NCBI GenBank assembly: GCA_027451365.1
Contig: DAIDJN010000084.1
Coordinates: 1 to 64,000 of the forward strand
DNA: 64,000 bases
Direction: 5' to 3'
From: Phycisphaerales bacterium
Lineage (GTDB): Bacteria > Planctomycetota > Phycisphaerae > WQYP01
The notes below the pieces were generated by a model. The model saw only the letters and a program-made list of their open reading frames with translations, was not told where the DNA came from and did no database searches. This document shows positions 34,101 through 44,033 of this stretch, piece by piece; the stretch's first letter is position 1, and the number at the start of each line of letters is the position of its first letter. Made by a program: the position numbers and the translations under genes.

Positions 34101-34129
34101 AGTATATACGAAAGTGGGCTTTTTCACAA
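34101..34129 (-). promoter_or_regulatory. Putative sigma70 promoter of gyrB
   Basis: Minus strand TTGTGA-N17-TATACT, about 118 bp upstream of the gyrB start. Confidence 0.5.
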
Positions 34130-34290
34130 TGCGGCCGGGGGTAAAAAGTGCTGGAAAATATGGGGGTTTATAGACGTTCTTTGCCGAGGTTTGAACGCGT
34201 GATACGGGCGGAATTTTGGCAGTTCTGCACGGCAGATTGCGATTAGGGCCGGTGGGGGCCTGGAACAGTATGGGGGACAGAATGCCGGAC

Positions 34291-35052
34291 TTATTCAGAT
34301 AATTCGCGGGCCACCACAAGGCGTTTACGACCAGCCTGCAGGTCGGCCTGCAAACGGGAATCGGATTGTTTGGCATGGGGCGACCTTAATTGATGTTGAA
34401 GCGAGATAAGTTCGCGGCGGATGCGAATGGCGATGTCATCCGGGGACAGATTTTCCAGTTCGGAATATTGAATTGGTTTGCCATAGCGGATTCGGATGGG
34501 GCTGGGCCGCGGCAGGCGACGGCCACGAGGCCACGCTTCATAGGCACCTTCAACTACCACGGGAATGAGCGGAACTTTGGCCCGGCGGACAATAATGGCT
34601 ACGCCTGCGGCGACCGCCCCGATAGACCCATCTGCGGTACGAGTGGCTTCCGGAAAAATGTTAACCAGATACCCTTTGGCCAACCGATCGAGAGCTTCGC
34701 GAATGGCGCTGGAATCCGCCCGTCCGCGGCGGATGGGGAAGGCGTTGGTGACTTCAAACAGATATTGAATAATGCCCCCGCGGAAAAGTGATTCGCGTGC
34801 CATGTAATGAATCTGGCGTTTAAGTGCAATCCCGATTAGCCATGGGTCCAACATGCTTTGATGGTTGGTTACCAGAATAGCCGCGCCTTTGCCCGGCACA
34901 TTTTCGCTCGCGGAAATGCGAATGTGGAACAGCAGCACGGCGATAAACTGAAAAAATACGCGGCCAACGCCCCATAAAAACGCCTGCAGTTTTCCGGTTC
35001 CCTCGCCCCGAAAGATGTATGGCCGCGCGTGCGAGTCCTCTGGCGTCGTCAT
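34291..35052 (-). CDS. plsC: 1-acyl-sn-glycerol-3-phosphate acyltransferase (lysophospholipid acyltransferase)
   Basis: NHQSMLD (HxxxxD), FPIRRG and IFPEATR motifs. Overlaps the cmk stop (ATGA). Confidence 0.88.
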   Translation of the reverse strand: MTTPEDSHARPYIFRGEGTGKLQAFLWGVGRVFFQFIAVLLFHIRISASENVPGKGAAILVTNHQSMLDPWLIGIALKRQIHYMARESLFRGGIIQYLFEVTNAFPIRRGRADSSAIREALDRLAKGYLVNIFPEATRTADGSIGAVAAGVAIIVRRAKVPLIPVVVEGAYEAWPRGRRLPRPSPIRIRYGKPIQYSELENLSPDDIAIRIRRELISLQHQLRSPHAKQSDSRLQADLQAGRKRLVVARELSE

Positions 35053-35750
35053 GGTGCCACCGGGTTTGGGGAAAAAGTGATGCGGCGGGCGAGTTCATTC
35101 ACCACCTGCTCGAGCGACAAATGGGTGGTATCAACAATACAGGCGCCCTTGGGAATGGCCAGCGGGCCGGTAGCGCGGGCTTGGTCCTGGGAATCACGTG
35201 TTTGTAACTGCTGAACCATATCGTGCAGCGTAATTGGTGTGCCCTTGCGGACTAATTCTGCAACGCGACGGCGGGCGCGTTCCTCTATATTCGCATCAAG
35301 GTAAAATTTATAGGCAGCGTGCGGAAATACAACCGTTCCCTGGTCGCGCCCTTCGGTCACGATCGCCCCGATTTTCTCAGCGATCAGCCGCTGCGATTGC
35401 ACAAGTGCCGATCGAACGGCGGGGTTGTCCGCGGCGGTATAGGTTAAACGGGTAACCTCCGGGGCACGAATAGCTTCCGCCACATCGCGCCCATTAAGGA
35501 GGATATGGGCCGGTTGTCGCGACCAGTCGAAATCCAGTTTCAATGAATTGACACGTAAAGCCATGGCTTGTGGATCGTCAGTTAGCCCCTGCTCCATTGC
35601 ATCCAGGGCGACTGCACGGTACATGGCACCGGTATCCAGATGGTGAAAGCCAAGGGCTTCCGCCAATCGATGGGCCACAGCCGACTTACCGGACCCGGCG
35701 GGGCCATCTAAGGTGATGACAAACGGCTTTCGAGGGTTAGGTTGTGTCAT
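35049..35750 (-). CDS. cmk: Cytidylate kinase
   Basis: ITLDGPAGSGKS, LDTGAMYRA, EGRDQGTVVFP and RD..D..R..PL motifs. The start is probably MTQPN at 35750 (alternative 35798). Confidence 0.95.
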   Translation of the reverse strand: MTQPNPRKPFVITLDGPAGSGKSAVAHRLAEALGFHHLDTGAMYRAVALDAMEQGLTDDPQAMALRVNSLKLDFDWSRQPAHILLNGRDVAEAIRAPEVTRLTYTAADNPAVRSALVQSQRLIAEKIGAIVTEGRDQGTVVFPHAAYKFYLDANIEERARRRVAELVRKGTPITLHDMVQQLQTRDSQDQARATGPLAIPKGACIVDTTHLSLEQVVNELARRITFSPNPVAP

Positions 35751-35828
35751 TATTTGCCAATCCGTGTCATTTCCGGCCGTATCTGGTTCCGCATCCATAG
35801 CCCAAAAAAGGCAAAATTCGGCTAAAAT

Positions 35829-35860
35829 TTGCATCACTCTAATTCGTGGACTATAGTCCA
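35829..35860 (+). promoter_or_regulatory. sigma70 promoter with a perfect 14-bp palindrome over the -10
   Basis: TTGCAT (35829-34)-N17-TATAGT (35852-57); palindrome TGGACTATAGTCCA at 35847-35860. Confidence 0.6.
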
Positions 35861-35863
35861 TAT

Positions 35864-35981
35864 CAAGAGCTTATACGGGAGATTGTGAACCAAAATTAAC
35901 CTTTGCACAACCAGACTATTACTTTGTCCTTCTCTCCCCTCCGGTAGGCGGGCTGGCGTATGCCACCTGCCTACTTTTTTT
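35864..35981 (+). ncRNA. Candidate ~118-nt sRNA or orphan attenuator leader
   Basis: Bounded by the promoter above and a + strand intrinsic terminator. Internal pairings GGGAGA/TCTCCC and TTGTG/CACAA, a CU-rich tract, and no credible ORF. Confidence 0.5.
35944..35981 (+). terminator. Rho-independent terminator (+ strand)
   Basis: GTAGGCGGG-C-TGGC-GTAT-GCCA-CCTGCCTAC followed by T7. No U-tract on the minus strand. Confidence 0.8.
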
Positions 35982-36173
35982 ATACGTGAAAACCGCAGCC
36001 GTCAAGCTGTCACCGCGGAAGGATCGCCCAGAAAGCCAGGCTTGCGCAAGCAATGAACCCTGTGCGTTGCTCTGCTTCAAATGCGGGACGTGGCAACCAT
36101 CCAGCCGGTCGAATGTGGATAGATCGTCAACTCATGTCGGCCTGGGCAAGCAGTTGTCATTAGCCGGCACGCA

Positions 36174-39100
36174 CTATATGACCTGCGTTTCAGATTTAAC
36201 CCGGTGCACGACAGCCAGAAGCGCGGGAAGCACCACCAGCGTCAGCGGCAACTGAAACAACAGGCCGGTGATAATGGCAATTGCCAGCGGCTGCTGCATC
36301 TGGGCACCCTGTCCCATACCCATCGCCAGGGGCAAAAGCGCCAGAATAGCGGCCAGTGTGGTCATGGCAATGGGTCTCATGCGGTTTTTTCCGGCGGTTA
36401 CAAGACGCCGCATGACTGATTTTTCAGAGCGCATTTCATGAACTTCTGAATAATAGAAAATAGCGACTTCAGTAACAATTCCGACCACCATGGTCATGCC
36501 CATCATGGAGGAGACATTAAGTTCCGTATGTGTGGCCCATAAACCGATAAATACCGTGGCCAGCGCCAGCAGCGGAATAGCCAACAACGCCAGCGCCACG
36601 CGGAAATGCTCATAAAGAAAAAGTAGCACCATGAACACCAGAAGCACCGCGGAAATCATCACAATCAGCAGGCCGTGGAACGCGATCTGCTGTTGCCTGT
36701 ACAGCCCGCCAAGGGAGAAGTAAACACCGGAATCAAACATTCCGGGTTGCGCCAGCACCTGCTTAACCGCCGCTACGGTGGACCCCATATCCCGTCCGCT
36801 AATGCGGGCCTTCACCGCGACCATGCGTTTAAGATTATCTCGCATGATTTCCTGCTGGCCGCGCAGAATTTTGAGCGTCGCGACCATTTTCACGGGAAAT
36901 ACATGACCATCCGGGGCGCGCAGCGCCAGATTGCCGATGTCTCGAATAGTGGCGCGGCGGGCGGCGGGAATCCAGACGCGTACGCCGATCATCTGGGGGC
37001 CGCGCTGAACATGTGTGGTCAGGGTACCGGTAAGATATTCCTTCAGACGCCGCGTAATAGAGTCCGCCGTCATGCCCTGAAGTGCGGCCTCCACCCGATT
37101 GATGCGAATGTCCAGTGCATCTCCGGATAGCACGATACCGCTGCGGGCTTCCACTACTCCGGGAACTTTTTGTATGGCGGCCTTGATGCGGCGGGCTTCG
37201 CGGTCAAGCTCGGATCGGGAATTGGAAAATATTTTAATTTCGATGGGCTGCGGCACCGCGGTTAAATCGCCGATTAAATCCTGCATCAATTGCGCTGTTT
37301 CAATATTCAGACCGGGCACCCGCCGATGCACCTGCCGGCGGATGGAATTCATAATCTGGCTTATGCCGGGCCTGGGCATGCCTTTCAAGCGAACAAAAAA
37401 GTCGCCCGTATATGGCTCGGTTAAGCCGCCACCCAGTTGCAACCCAGTCCGGCGGGAAAACGTATCCACCCATGGATTGGCCAGCAAAATCCTTTCTACC
37501 AGGTGCAACATGCGATTGGTTTCATGCAGCGAAGTGCCGGGTTTGGCGACGTAATCCAGAATAAATCCGCCTTCATCCATGCGCGGCATGAATCCGGAAC
37601 CGACATTTTTCCACGCAAGCCAGCCGGCCACTAGCAGCGGAATAATCAATGCTGTCAGCAGCCAAGGGCGTCGGAGTATACGCACCATGGTCCATTCGTA
37701 AATGCGGTGGCACCATTCGGTAAATCGACCCCCTTCCTTCTGGTTGGCATCCCCGGCGGTCAGTAATCTGGCGGTCAGTACAGGCACGGCAAGCCAGGCG
37801 ACAAGGAAGGAAATAAAAAGTCCCGCTGCCATGGTAATGGAAAGCGCTTTGAAGAATGCCCCTGTTACGCCAGAAAGGAATGCAAGCGGCGCGAAAATAA
37901 TCATAGTGGAGGCGGACGAGCCTGTCAGCGGGCGGGTAAATTCACGGGTAGCCAGGACAATGAGTTGGCGCTGGTCCCTTTCGCTGGCCCCACGAATGCG
38001 GCGGACAATGTGTTCCACCATGACAATCGCGTCGTCGATAATCAGACCGACCGCCGCGGCCATACCGCCCAGGGTCATAATGTTGAAACTCATGTGCAGA
38101 AGGTAAAGCAGCAAAATGGTCGCGGCAAGCACCGCCGGCACGCAAAGTGCGGCGATCAGAGTAATTTTCCAGTTTCGCAGAAAGACCAGCAGTACCACAA
38201 TGGCCAGCAGCACCCCAACGATGACCGCATCGCGCACGGAAACCGCGGAAGTCAGGATAAGCTGGCTTTGGTCATACCATGTGGAAATATGAACACCGGT
38301 CGGCAAAAGACGCCGATAGGCGTTGAGCTTTTGTGTGATGTGTCGGGCAATTCGCACCGTATTTCCGCCGGGCTGCTGAAACACCTGAAGCAGAACAGCG
38401 TTCTGGCCGTCGGCAGTGACGCGAACCCATTGCGGGCGGGTGGATTTTTCGACCCGCGCCACATCCGCAAGGCGAACAATTCCATTCGCACCGGAGCGCA
38501 GTATTGTCTGACTGATCTGATGGAGGCTTTTGTAGCGCGTATCGGCAATAATCAGATAAAGCCGGTCGTGGTCTTCCATGCGGCCCACGGAGGTCAGTAC
38601 GTTGGATGTGGACAACGCACGGGAGACCGCGCCAAGCGTAAGCCCATAGGATTCCAGGCGACCAGGATTAACTATCACGCGATATTCTTCCACCGCGCCG
38701 CCCTGCACCTGCACGCGGGCCACACCATGCACGGTGGTCAGCAGTGTGCGGAGTTTATATTCAGCGATATAGCGCAATTGCACAGGCGAAAGCCGGTGCG
38801 ACGTCAGGCTATAGCCAAGCACCGGAAAATTAGTGGTATCCATCCGTTTGGCACGAAAATCGGTGCCGGGGGGCAATTTGTTTAATATGCCATCAAGCTG
38901 AGATTGCACTTGCAGCAGGGCGCGTGCCATATTTGTGCCCCACGCAAAATTCACCACGACTTCGGCGCTGCCGCGCGAGGTAGTGGATTTTACGCCGCGC
39001 ACCCCCGGTACACTGCGCAGTGCTTCTTCGACCGGATATGTCACAGCGACGGCCATGCGGGATGCGGGCCGGTCGCCGGCATCCACGTTGACTTCAATGC

Positions 39101-39230
39101 GCGGAAAGCTGACACGCGGGAAGAGTGAAACCGGCAGGGAAAATCCCGCCAGAATGCCGCCGGTTGCCAGCATCAGAATCAGGAAAATAATTGAACGCGT
39201 ATGCGTGTGAATCCAGGTGGTAAAATTCAT
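36174..39230 (-). CDS. RND efflux pump inner-membrane subunit (CusA/CzcA/AcrB family, probably heavy-metal type)
   Basis: 1018 aa with LPVSLFP, NIMTLGGMAAAVGLIIDDAIVMVE, FMPRMDEG, RMRPIAMTT and PLAIAIITGL. Confidence 0.92.
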   Translation of the reverse strand: MNFTTWIHTHTRSIIFLILMLATGGILAGFSLPVSLFPRVSFPRIEVNVDAGDRPASRMAVAVTYPVEEALRSVPGVRGVKSTTSRGSAEVVVNFAWGTNMARALLQVQSQLDGILNKLPPGTDFRAKRMDTTNFPVLGYSLTSHRLSPVQLRYIAEYKLRTLLTTVHGVARVQVQGGAVEEYRVIVNPGRLESYGLTLGAVSRALSTSNVLTSVGRMEDHDRLYLIIADTRYKSLHQISQTILRSGANGIVRLADVARVEKSTRPQWVRVTADGQNAVLLQVFQQPGGNTVRIARHITQKLNAYRRLLPTGVHISTWYDQSQLILTSAVSVRDAVIVGVLLAIVVLLVFLRNWKITLIAALCVPAVLAATILLLYLLHMSFNIMTLGGMAAAVGLIIDDAIVMVEHIVRRIRGASERDQRQLIVLATREFTRPLTGSSASTMIIFAPLAFLSGVTGAFFKALSITMAAGLFISFLVAWLAVPVLTARLLTAGDANQKEGGRFTEWCHRIYEWTMVRILRRPWLLTALIIPLLVAGWLAWKNVGSGFMPRMDEGGFILDYVAKPGTSLHETNRMLHLVERILLANPWVDTFSRRTGLQLGGGLTEPYTGDFFVRLKGMPRPGISQIMNSIRRQVHRRVPGLNIETAQLMQDLIGDLTAVPQPIEIKIFSNSRSELDREARRIKAAIQKVPGVVEARSGIVLSGDALDIRINRVEAALQGMTADSITRRLKEYLTGTLTTHVQRGPQMIGVRVWIPAARRATIRDIGNLALRAPDGHVFPVKMVATLKILRGQQEIMRDNLKRMVAVKARISGRDMGSTVAAVKQVLAQPGMFDSGVYFSLGGLYRQQQIAFHGLLIVMISAVLLVFMVLLFLYEHFRVALALLAIPLLALATVFIGLWATHTELNVSSMMGMTMVVGIVTEVAIFYYSEVHEMRSEKSVMRRLVTAGKNRMRPIAMTTLAAILALLPLAMGMGQGAQMQQPLAIAIITGLLFQLPLTLVVLPALLAVVHRVKSETQVI

Positions 39231-40318
39231 GGGACAAATTTTCCAGTCACAGCCATTCCATTGGTTAATTCGGCATTGCCGCTGACAATGACCGGTTCGC
39301 CGGGGACCAGGCCATGGCCGGTTATTTCCAGCGCGTAATCCGTTGAAAGTTGAATCGTGACGCGGTGCCGCCGCGCCCGACCATTGTGCACGGTATAAAG
39401 AATTTCGGATGATCCGAAAGGAAGCACTGCGGACGGGGGCACCAGCAATCCTTTGCGTACGCGAAGCACGATTTTCGCCCGAATAAACTGGCCCAGCAGT
39501 AAATCAGAATCGGCGGGCGGCCGAACAAAAACGTTGACCAGCCGGGTTCGCGGGTCAACCTCATGCGTGATCAGGCGAATAATGCCGGGAGGTCCGATCG
39601 GTCTGGATTCACCGACGGGAAACAATCGTGCATGATGACCGGCCGCCAGACGAAGAGCATCTTCAGGTTCGACGCCCAGGCGAACTTCAATATCATGTGA
39701 AGAGACAAGTTGGAGGAGTGGTCCTCCAGCTGGAACAATTTGTCCGGGCTCAACAGAAATTCGGGCAACCAGACCTCCGCGGGTGCTTTTTATGATACGC
39801 GGGCCTCCGATGCCGCGGGCTTGCAAATTGGCCAGACGAAGCGCGGCCAGCGCCGCAGTCTGTCTGGCCAGCAGCAGATCGTGTCGGGTGGCCAGCCGCA
39901 GGTTAAAGCGTGCCAGCACTTCAGCCAATTGCTGTGCGGAGGCTCTGGCCTGCCGACGGGCTTCGGCCAGAAGCAATATTTCTCGTTGGCTGGCTTCTAC
40001 CTGGACCAGCGGTTCGCCGCGCAGGACTTGCTGGCCGCGCGAAACCAGCACACGCAGAGCCTGACTTTCAAACGGTACAGCCACATTCGCAATAGCGCTG
40101 GCGCGCGCGACCACGGTGCCGTAGGACTCAACCGTTTCGCGTAATTCACCGGTCTTCAGAGGTACTGTTTTGACAGTGGCCACCACGTCGGCTTGGCGCG
40201 TTGGAACGTGAAATGCCGCCACCACGGCAGGCGTACGGGTCGGATGCAACATGTGGTTTAGAACAATTCCCAACGTGCATAAAAGAAGTATCGCAAAAAT
40301 CCAGCGCAGCTTTTTCAT
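39227..40318 (-). CDS. RND membrane fusion protein (periplasmic adaptor)
   Basis: N-terminal anchor, lipoyl/helical-hairpin layout, VDPRTR, LLGQF, VPPSAV and GL.PGE.VIVSG; overlaps both neighbours. Confidence 0.9.
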   Translation of the reverse strand: MKKLRWIFAILLLCTLGIVLNHMLHPTRTPAVVAAFHVPTRQADVVATVKTVPLKTGELRETVESYGTVVARASAIANVAVPFESQALRVLVSRGQQVLRGEPLVQVEASQREILLLAEARRQARASAQQLAEVLARFNLRLATRHDLLLARQTAALAALRLANLQARGIGGPRIIKSTRGGLVARISVEPGQIVPAGGPLLQLVSSHDIEVRLGVEPEDALRLAAGHHARLFPVGESRPIGPPGIIRLITHEVDPRTRLVNVFVRPPADSDLLLGQFIRAKIVLRVRKGLLVPPSAVLPFGSSEILYTVHNGRARRHRVTIQLSTDYALEITGHGLVPGEPVIVSGNAELTNGMAVTGKFVP

Positions 40319-41790
40319 GAATGTGGACTCCTGTGGCGGACCTTTGAAGGCGCGGCATTCTTCGCCCGCTGTTTAAGAAATTGGCCACTGGCCAGTTCAA
40401 GGGCCAGCAGGTTTTGTTCGAGCCGGCCCTTGAGTGCAATCAGACGTATTCGCCGGTCCACAAGCTGACCGATCAGAGTGTAATACGTGACCACATCGGT
40501 ATTCCCAAGCCGTAAAGCCTGACGGTACCGCCGGACAAGTGTCTCAAGACTGTTGACGGATTTTTCCAGCGCCGCGATGCGCGCCGTCAGGTCGTGTACG
40601 TTCGTGACGGCGATGGCGACGTCCGATCGACCCTTGAAAACGCGTGAGATATAAGAGTCAAAAAGCTCGCGGCGGGTCGCTTTTTGGATCGCGATATTGC
40701 CCTGATTGCGGTCAAATATTGGAATGTCTACGGTTACACCAAACCCGGTGGTGTGCACATTGGTGTTGTCACTGGCCTGTTGAAACCCAATTGAAATATT
40801 GGGAAATTGACGCAATATCGCGGCACGCAGGCGCTGCTCCTGACTTTTGTAGCCCAATTGCAAGGCCAGCAGGTCGGGACGATAGCGTTCCATATCCGCC
40901 ACAAGAACCGGCTGGGGCGGAAGCGAAACGTGCGATGGCAGCGTCAGGCGGGCACTGATGGAAATGGGCGTCCGCGGAGGAACGTCCATGACGCGGGCGA
41001 GGGCCAACTTCTGGAGTGCCATGGTCTGATTTAATTTGAGAATCAGATCGTTGGCCTGCCGCGTTGCGGCGCGGGCGGCGTTGTATTCCAACACCGTGGT
41101 CAGGCGGGCGTGGTATGCTTTTCGCGCCACAGCATAACCCTTGGCCAGTTCTGCCGCGGCGAGCAGCGCCTGGCGCTTTTGTTTCATGGCAACGGCAAGA
41201 TTGTAAACTGCAATACGGGCGGCCATTGCCACTTGCCATTCGCGCCACGCAATTTCCAGGTCGATTTGTCCGCGATGATAGCGCGCCGCGGCCATGCGGG
41301 CTTGTCGATCGATCAGACGCGTGAGATTCCAATTCAGACTCAGGCCATAGGCGGTAAAGGTATCGGTTCGGAAGCCACCGGTGACAAAATCGGTGCTTTC
41401 AGACAGTTGGGGATTCGGCAGAATTCCAGCCTGCATTAATTGTGCCGACGCTTCGCCGCGCATATCACGCATAGCCCGCAGATTTGGATTTGCAAGAACC
41501 GCGATGATTGCGGCTTCCGCGGGAAGTAGTCCGTGCCGCGGCTGAAGTCTCAGAGAACCGACAGCGATTTTGGCAAAATGTGCCGCGCGCTTCTTCAGTG
41601 TTTGCCAAGCGGGCGTTCGCAACGATTTGTCAACCGCGGCCGCGGTAAGCGGTTTGGCACGGTAACTCTGGCAGCCGCCCGTAGGACCAACCATCAACAA
41701 AAGCAGGATGATTGGCAACGCGCGGGCGGTGGCATGCGAAGTTAGAAACATCTGATTTTGATTAAAACCTGCTGGTGCAGCCTTATTCAT
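40315..41790 (-). CDS. TolC/CzcC-family outer-membrane efflux lipoprotein
   Basis: Lipobox-like GGC; ANPNLRA, LPNPQL, RPDL and IPIFDRNQGNI motifs. Confidence 0.9.
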   Translation of the reverse strand: MNKAAPAGFNQNQMFLTSHATARALPIILLLLMVGPTGGCQSYRAKPLTAAAVDKSLRTPAWQTLKKRAAHFAKIAVGSLRLQPRHGLLPAEAAIIAVLANPNLRAMRDMRGEASAQLMQAGILPNPQLSESTDFVTGGFRTDTFTAYGLSLNWNLTRLIDRQARMAAARYHRGQIDLEIAWREWQVAMAARIAVYNLAVAMKQKRQALLAAAELAKGYAVARKAYHARLTTVLEYNAARAATRQANDLILKLNQTMALQKLALARVMDVPPRTPISISARLTLPSHVSLPPQPVLVADMERYRPDLLALQLGYKSQEQRLRAAILRQFPNISIGFQQASDNTNVHTTGFGVTVDIPIFDRNQGNIAIQKATRRELFDSYISRVFKGRSDVAIAVTNVHDLTARIAALEKSVNSLETLVRRYRQALRLGNTDVVTYYTLIGQLVDRRIRLIALKGRLEQNLLALELASGQFLKQRAKNAAPSKVRHRSPHS

Positions 41791-43273
41791 GCCCGGTCAT
41801 ATCCCTGAAAAACACCTCAACTTGAAACCAGCCGTTCATTTCGGCTAATACCCGGATATTTCCACCGGTGGCGTCAAGTACGCGCTTGACGATTGACAGC
41901 CCCAGGCCGGCATGTAGTCCGCTTTGCGTTCGGGCCGCGTCGCCGCGCCAGAAACGGTCAAACACTCGCTGGGAGTCTTCCGCGGCGATGTGACTGCCGG
42001 TATTGGCCGTGCGCAGCAAAACGCCGCCGGCCGCCTGAGTAACTTCAATTTCCACCTGTCCGCCCTGCTCAGTATAACTGATCGCATTATCGAGTAAATT
42101 CTGGATGACCATCCGCACAGCGCCCGGGGGCGCTGATAGCGGGCACTCCTGAAGTTTCGGATGAATGATATTTATTTTGCGGGCGGCAATTTCAGTGGAG
42201 TAAACCTCAAGCACTTCCGTGACCAGACGATCGACCCGTACGCGACCACCACTGAATTTAAACTGATTGCCCTCCAAGCGGGATAAAGTAAGCAGATTCT
42301 CCACCATGACCTGCATTTGCAGGGTAACAGAAAGACAGTTTTGCACGCAATCCTGATATTCGGCCGATGTGCGAATGCGCTTGTCCGCCAGTTCCAGTGT
42401 CGTTCGCAGGCCCGCGATGGGAGTACGCAGTTCGTGGGCAATGTCGGCGGTCAACTGCTTTTCGCGGGTAAACGCGTTTTGGACGCGTCCCAGAAGTTCA
42501 TTGAGTCGCTGGACAATGGGTGTGAGTTCGGCCGGTACACCGGTGGGAGTAAGGCGGTCGGACATATCAGATATACCCACCGCTTCAATGCGCTGGGAAA
42601 TCAGTCGTACCGGGGCCAGACCGCGGGTTACGATCAGTATCAACAGCGCTGCGGACACCAGTACGGCTCCGCCGCAGCCCAGGGCCAGTGAACCGGCTAG
42701 AATTGTTTTTGTGTCGTTTAAGCTTTCGAGCGGGTGGGCGACGGCGACAATGAAGGTCGCACCCAATCTCCTGGTCCGCGATTGTTGGTCCGCTCCGCCC
42801 TTCGACCCCGGCCTGGATTCCCCATCATGATGTTCTCCGTGCTGCTGGTCGTGATCGTCGGATTCCAAATGGACGAGTGCCACGGCCTGGCCGAGGTGAA
42901 GGTCTTCATGAAGTCGAACATTGTGAAAAAAGATGCTTCCGGGGGAGGGGCGAGCGAAAGTGAGCGAATAATGAGCCAATTCAGGGCTTTTATAGATCGG
43001 GTGTCCCTGGATATTCCAGACTTCCACATAACGCGGAAAGGCCGCGGCCTGACCGAAGCCCAATGCGTCTTGTGGGGAATCCAGGCTGATGCGTCCCTGA
43101 TGGCCCACATCAATCGCGGCGACCACCGCGCTAAGGCGAGAGGTAAGCACCTGACGGAATTGCCGATCCAGACTGTGGCTGACCAGAAAGTAGATGAATA
43201 CTCCAAGACTGGTCAGCAGGATAGCGGTAGTCAACCCGCTGGCGAACATTATGTTACGTCGGATAGACTTCAT
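41783..43273 (-). CDS. HAMP-domain sensor histidine kinase (CusS/CzcS-like) with His-rich periplasmic loop
   Basis: Two TM segments, HAMP, DIAHELRTP, NLLDNA, FDRFWR and GLGLSIV. The periplasmic loop contains HLESDDHDQQHGEHHDGE. Confidence 0.9.
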   Translation of the reverse strand: MKSIRRNIMFASGLTTAILLTSLGVFIYFLVSHSLDRQFRQVLTSRLSAVVAAIDVGHQGRISLDSPQDALGFGQAAAFPRYVEVWNIQGHPIYKSPELAHYSLTFARPSPGSIFFHNVRLHEDLHLGQAVALVHLESDDHDQQHGEHHDGESRPGSKGGADQQSRTRRLGATFIVAVAHPLESLNDTKTILAGSLALGCGGAVLVSAALLILIVTRGLAPVRLISQRIEAVGISDMSDRLTPTGVPAELTPIVQRLNELLGRVQNAFTREKQLTADIAHELRTPIAGLRTTLELADKRIRTSAEYQDCVQNCLSVTLQMQVMVENLLTLSRLEGNQFKFSGGRVRVDRLVTEVLEVYSTEIAARKINIIHPKLQECPLSAPPGAVRMVIQNLLDNAISYTEQGGQVEIEVTQAAGGVLLRTANTGSHIAAEDSQRVFDRFWRGDAARTQSGLHAGLGLSIVKRVLDATGGNIRVLAEMNGWFQVEVFFRDMTGHE

Positions 43274-43279
43274 GCGATG

Positions 43280-43945
43280 TTATTCAATTAAATATCCCTG
43301 GCCGCGCCTCGTCTGGATGAGGCGCGGTCCATTGGCAGTCTCAATCTTGCGGCGAAGCAGCCCAATGAATACATCCACAACATTACTTTCCAAGGCCGCA
43401 TTCTGGTCATAGACATGTTCCCAGATGTCACTTCGTGATACAACCTGGCCGCGCCGGAGCGAAAGGTATTCCAGAATGGCGTATTCACGCGCGGAAAGTT
43501 CTATTTCCAGTTCGTTGCGGAATACCCGGCGCGCCGCAAGGTCCAGTTTCAGATCGCCAACTTTCCTGAAGCTGGCGTCCGGCTGATAGCGACGACGAAT
43601 CAGAGCCCGCAGGCGTGCCAGCAATTCAGACAACGAAAATGGCTTAACCATGTAATCGTCAGCCCCGGCATCCAGACCTTTGACCCGCTCATCGAGTGTA
43701 TCACGTGCAGTAAGAATTAGGACGCAGGGGCGGGATTTAAGCGAGTTGATGGCCTTTAGCACAGCTAGGCCATCCGCACCCGGAAGCATAATATCAAGAA
43801 CAACGGCGTCAAATGCGGTCCGGCTGATCAGACTTATCGCCAGTCGGCCATCAGAGGTGGCGTCCACCGCGTATGATTCTTCGCGCAGGGCCTGTACCAG
43901 CGAATCACGCAGCGGTTTAAAATCCTCCACGACTAATAGTCGCAT
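43280..43945 (-). CDS. OmpR-family response regulator (CusR/CzcR-like)
   Basis: MRLLVVED, VLDIMLPG.DG, LTARD, GADDYMVKPF; winged helix LSAREY..SNVVDV.I..LR.K..IQTRRG.GY. Confidence 0.93.
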   Translation of the reverse strand: MRLLVVEDFKPLRDSLVQALREESYAVDATSDGRLAISLISRTAFDAVVLDIMLPGADGLAVLKAINSLKSRPCVLILTARDTLDERVKGLDAGADDYMVKPFSLSELLARLRALIRRRYQPDASFRKVGDLKLDLAARRVFRNELEIELSAREYAILEYLSLRRGQVVSRSDIWEHVYDQNAALESNVVDVFIGLLRRKIETANGPRLIQTRRGQGYLIE

Positions 43946-44033
43946 GAACATTTCCAAAAATAGACCACGGCCCGGCACGGGCAACCACTGCCTGTGAACC
44001 GGGCCGCAGTCGCGGGACTTTTACAATTCACGG

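Noticed and set aside
35895..35950. Leucine attenuator leader peptide (CTA TTA CTT codons before the terminator)
   Set aside because: That frame has no ATG/GTG/TTG start after the upstream TGA, and no leu gene follows on the + strand.
35986..36255. 89-aa + strand ORF after the terminator
   Set aside because: No RBS, it overlaps the RND pump 3' end in antisense, and it has no recognisable motif.
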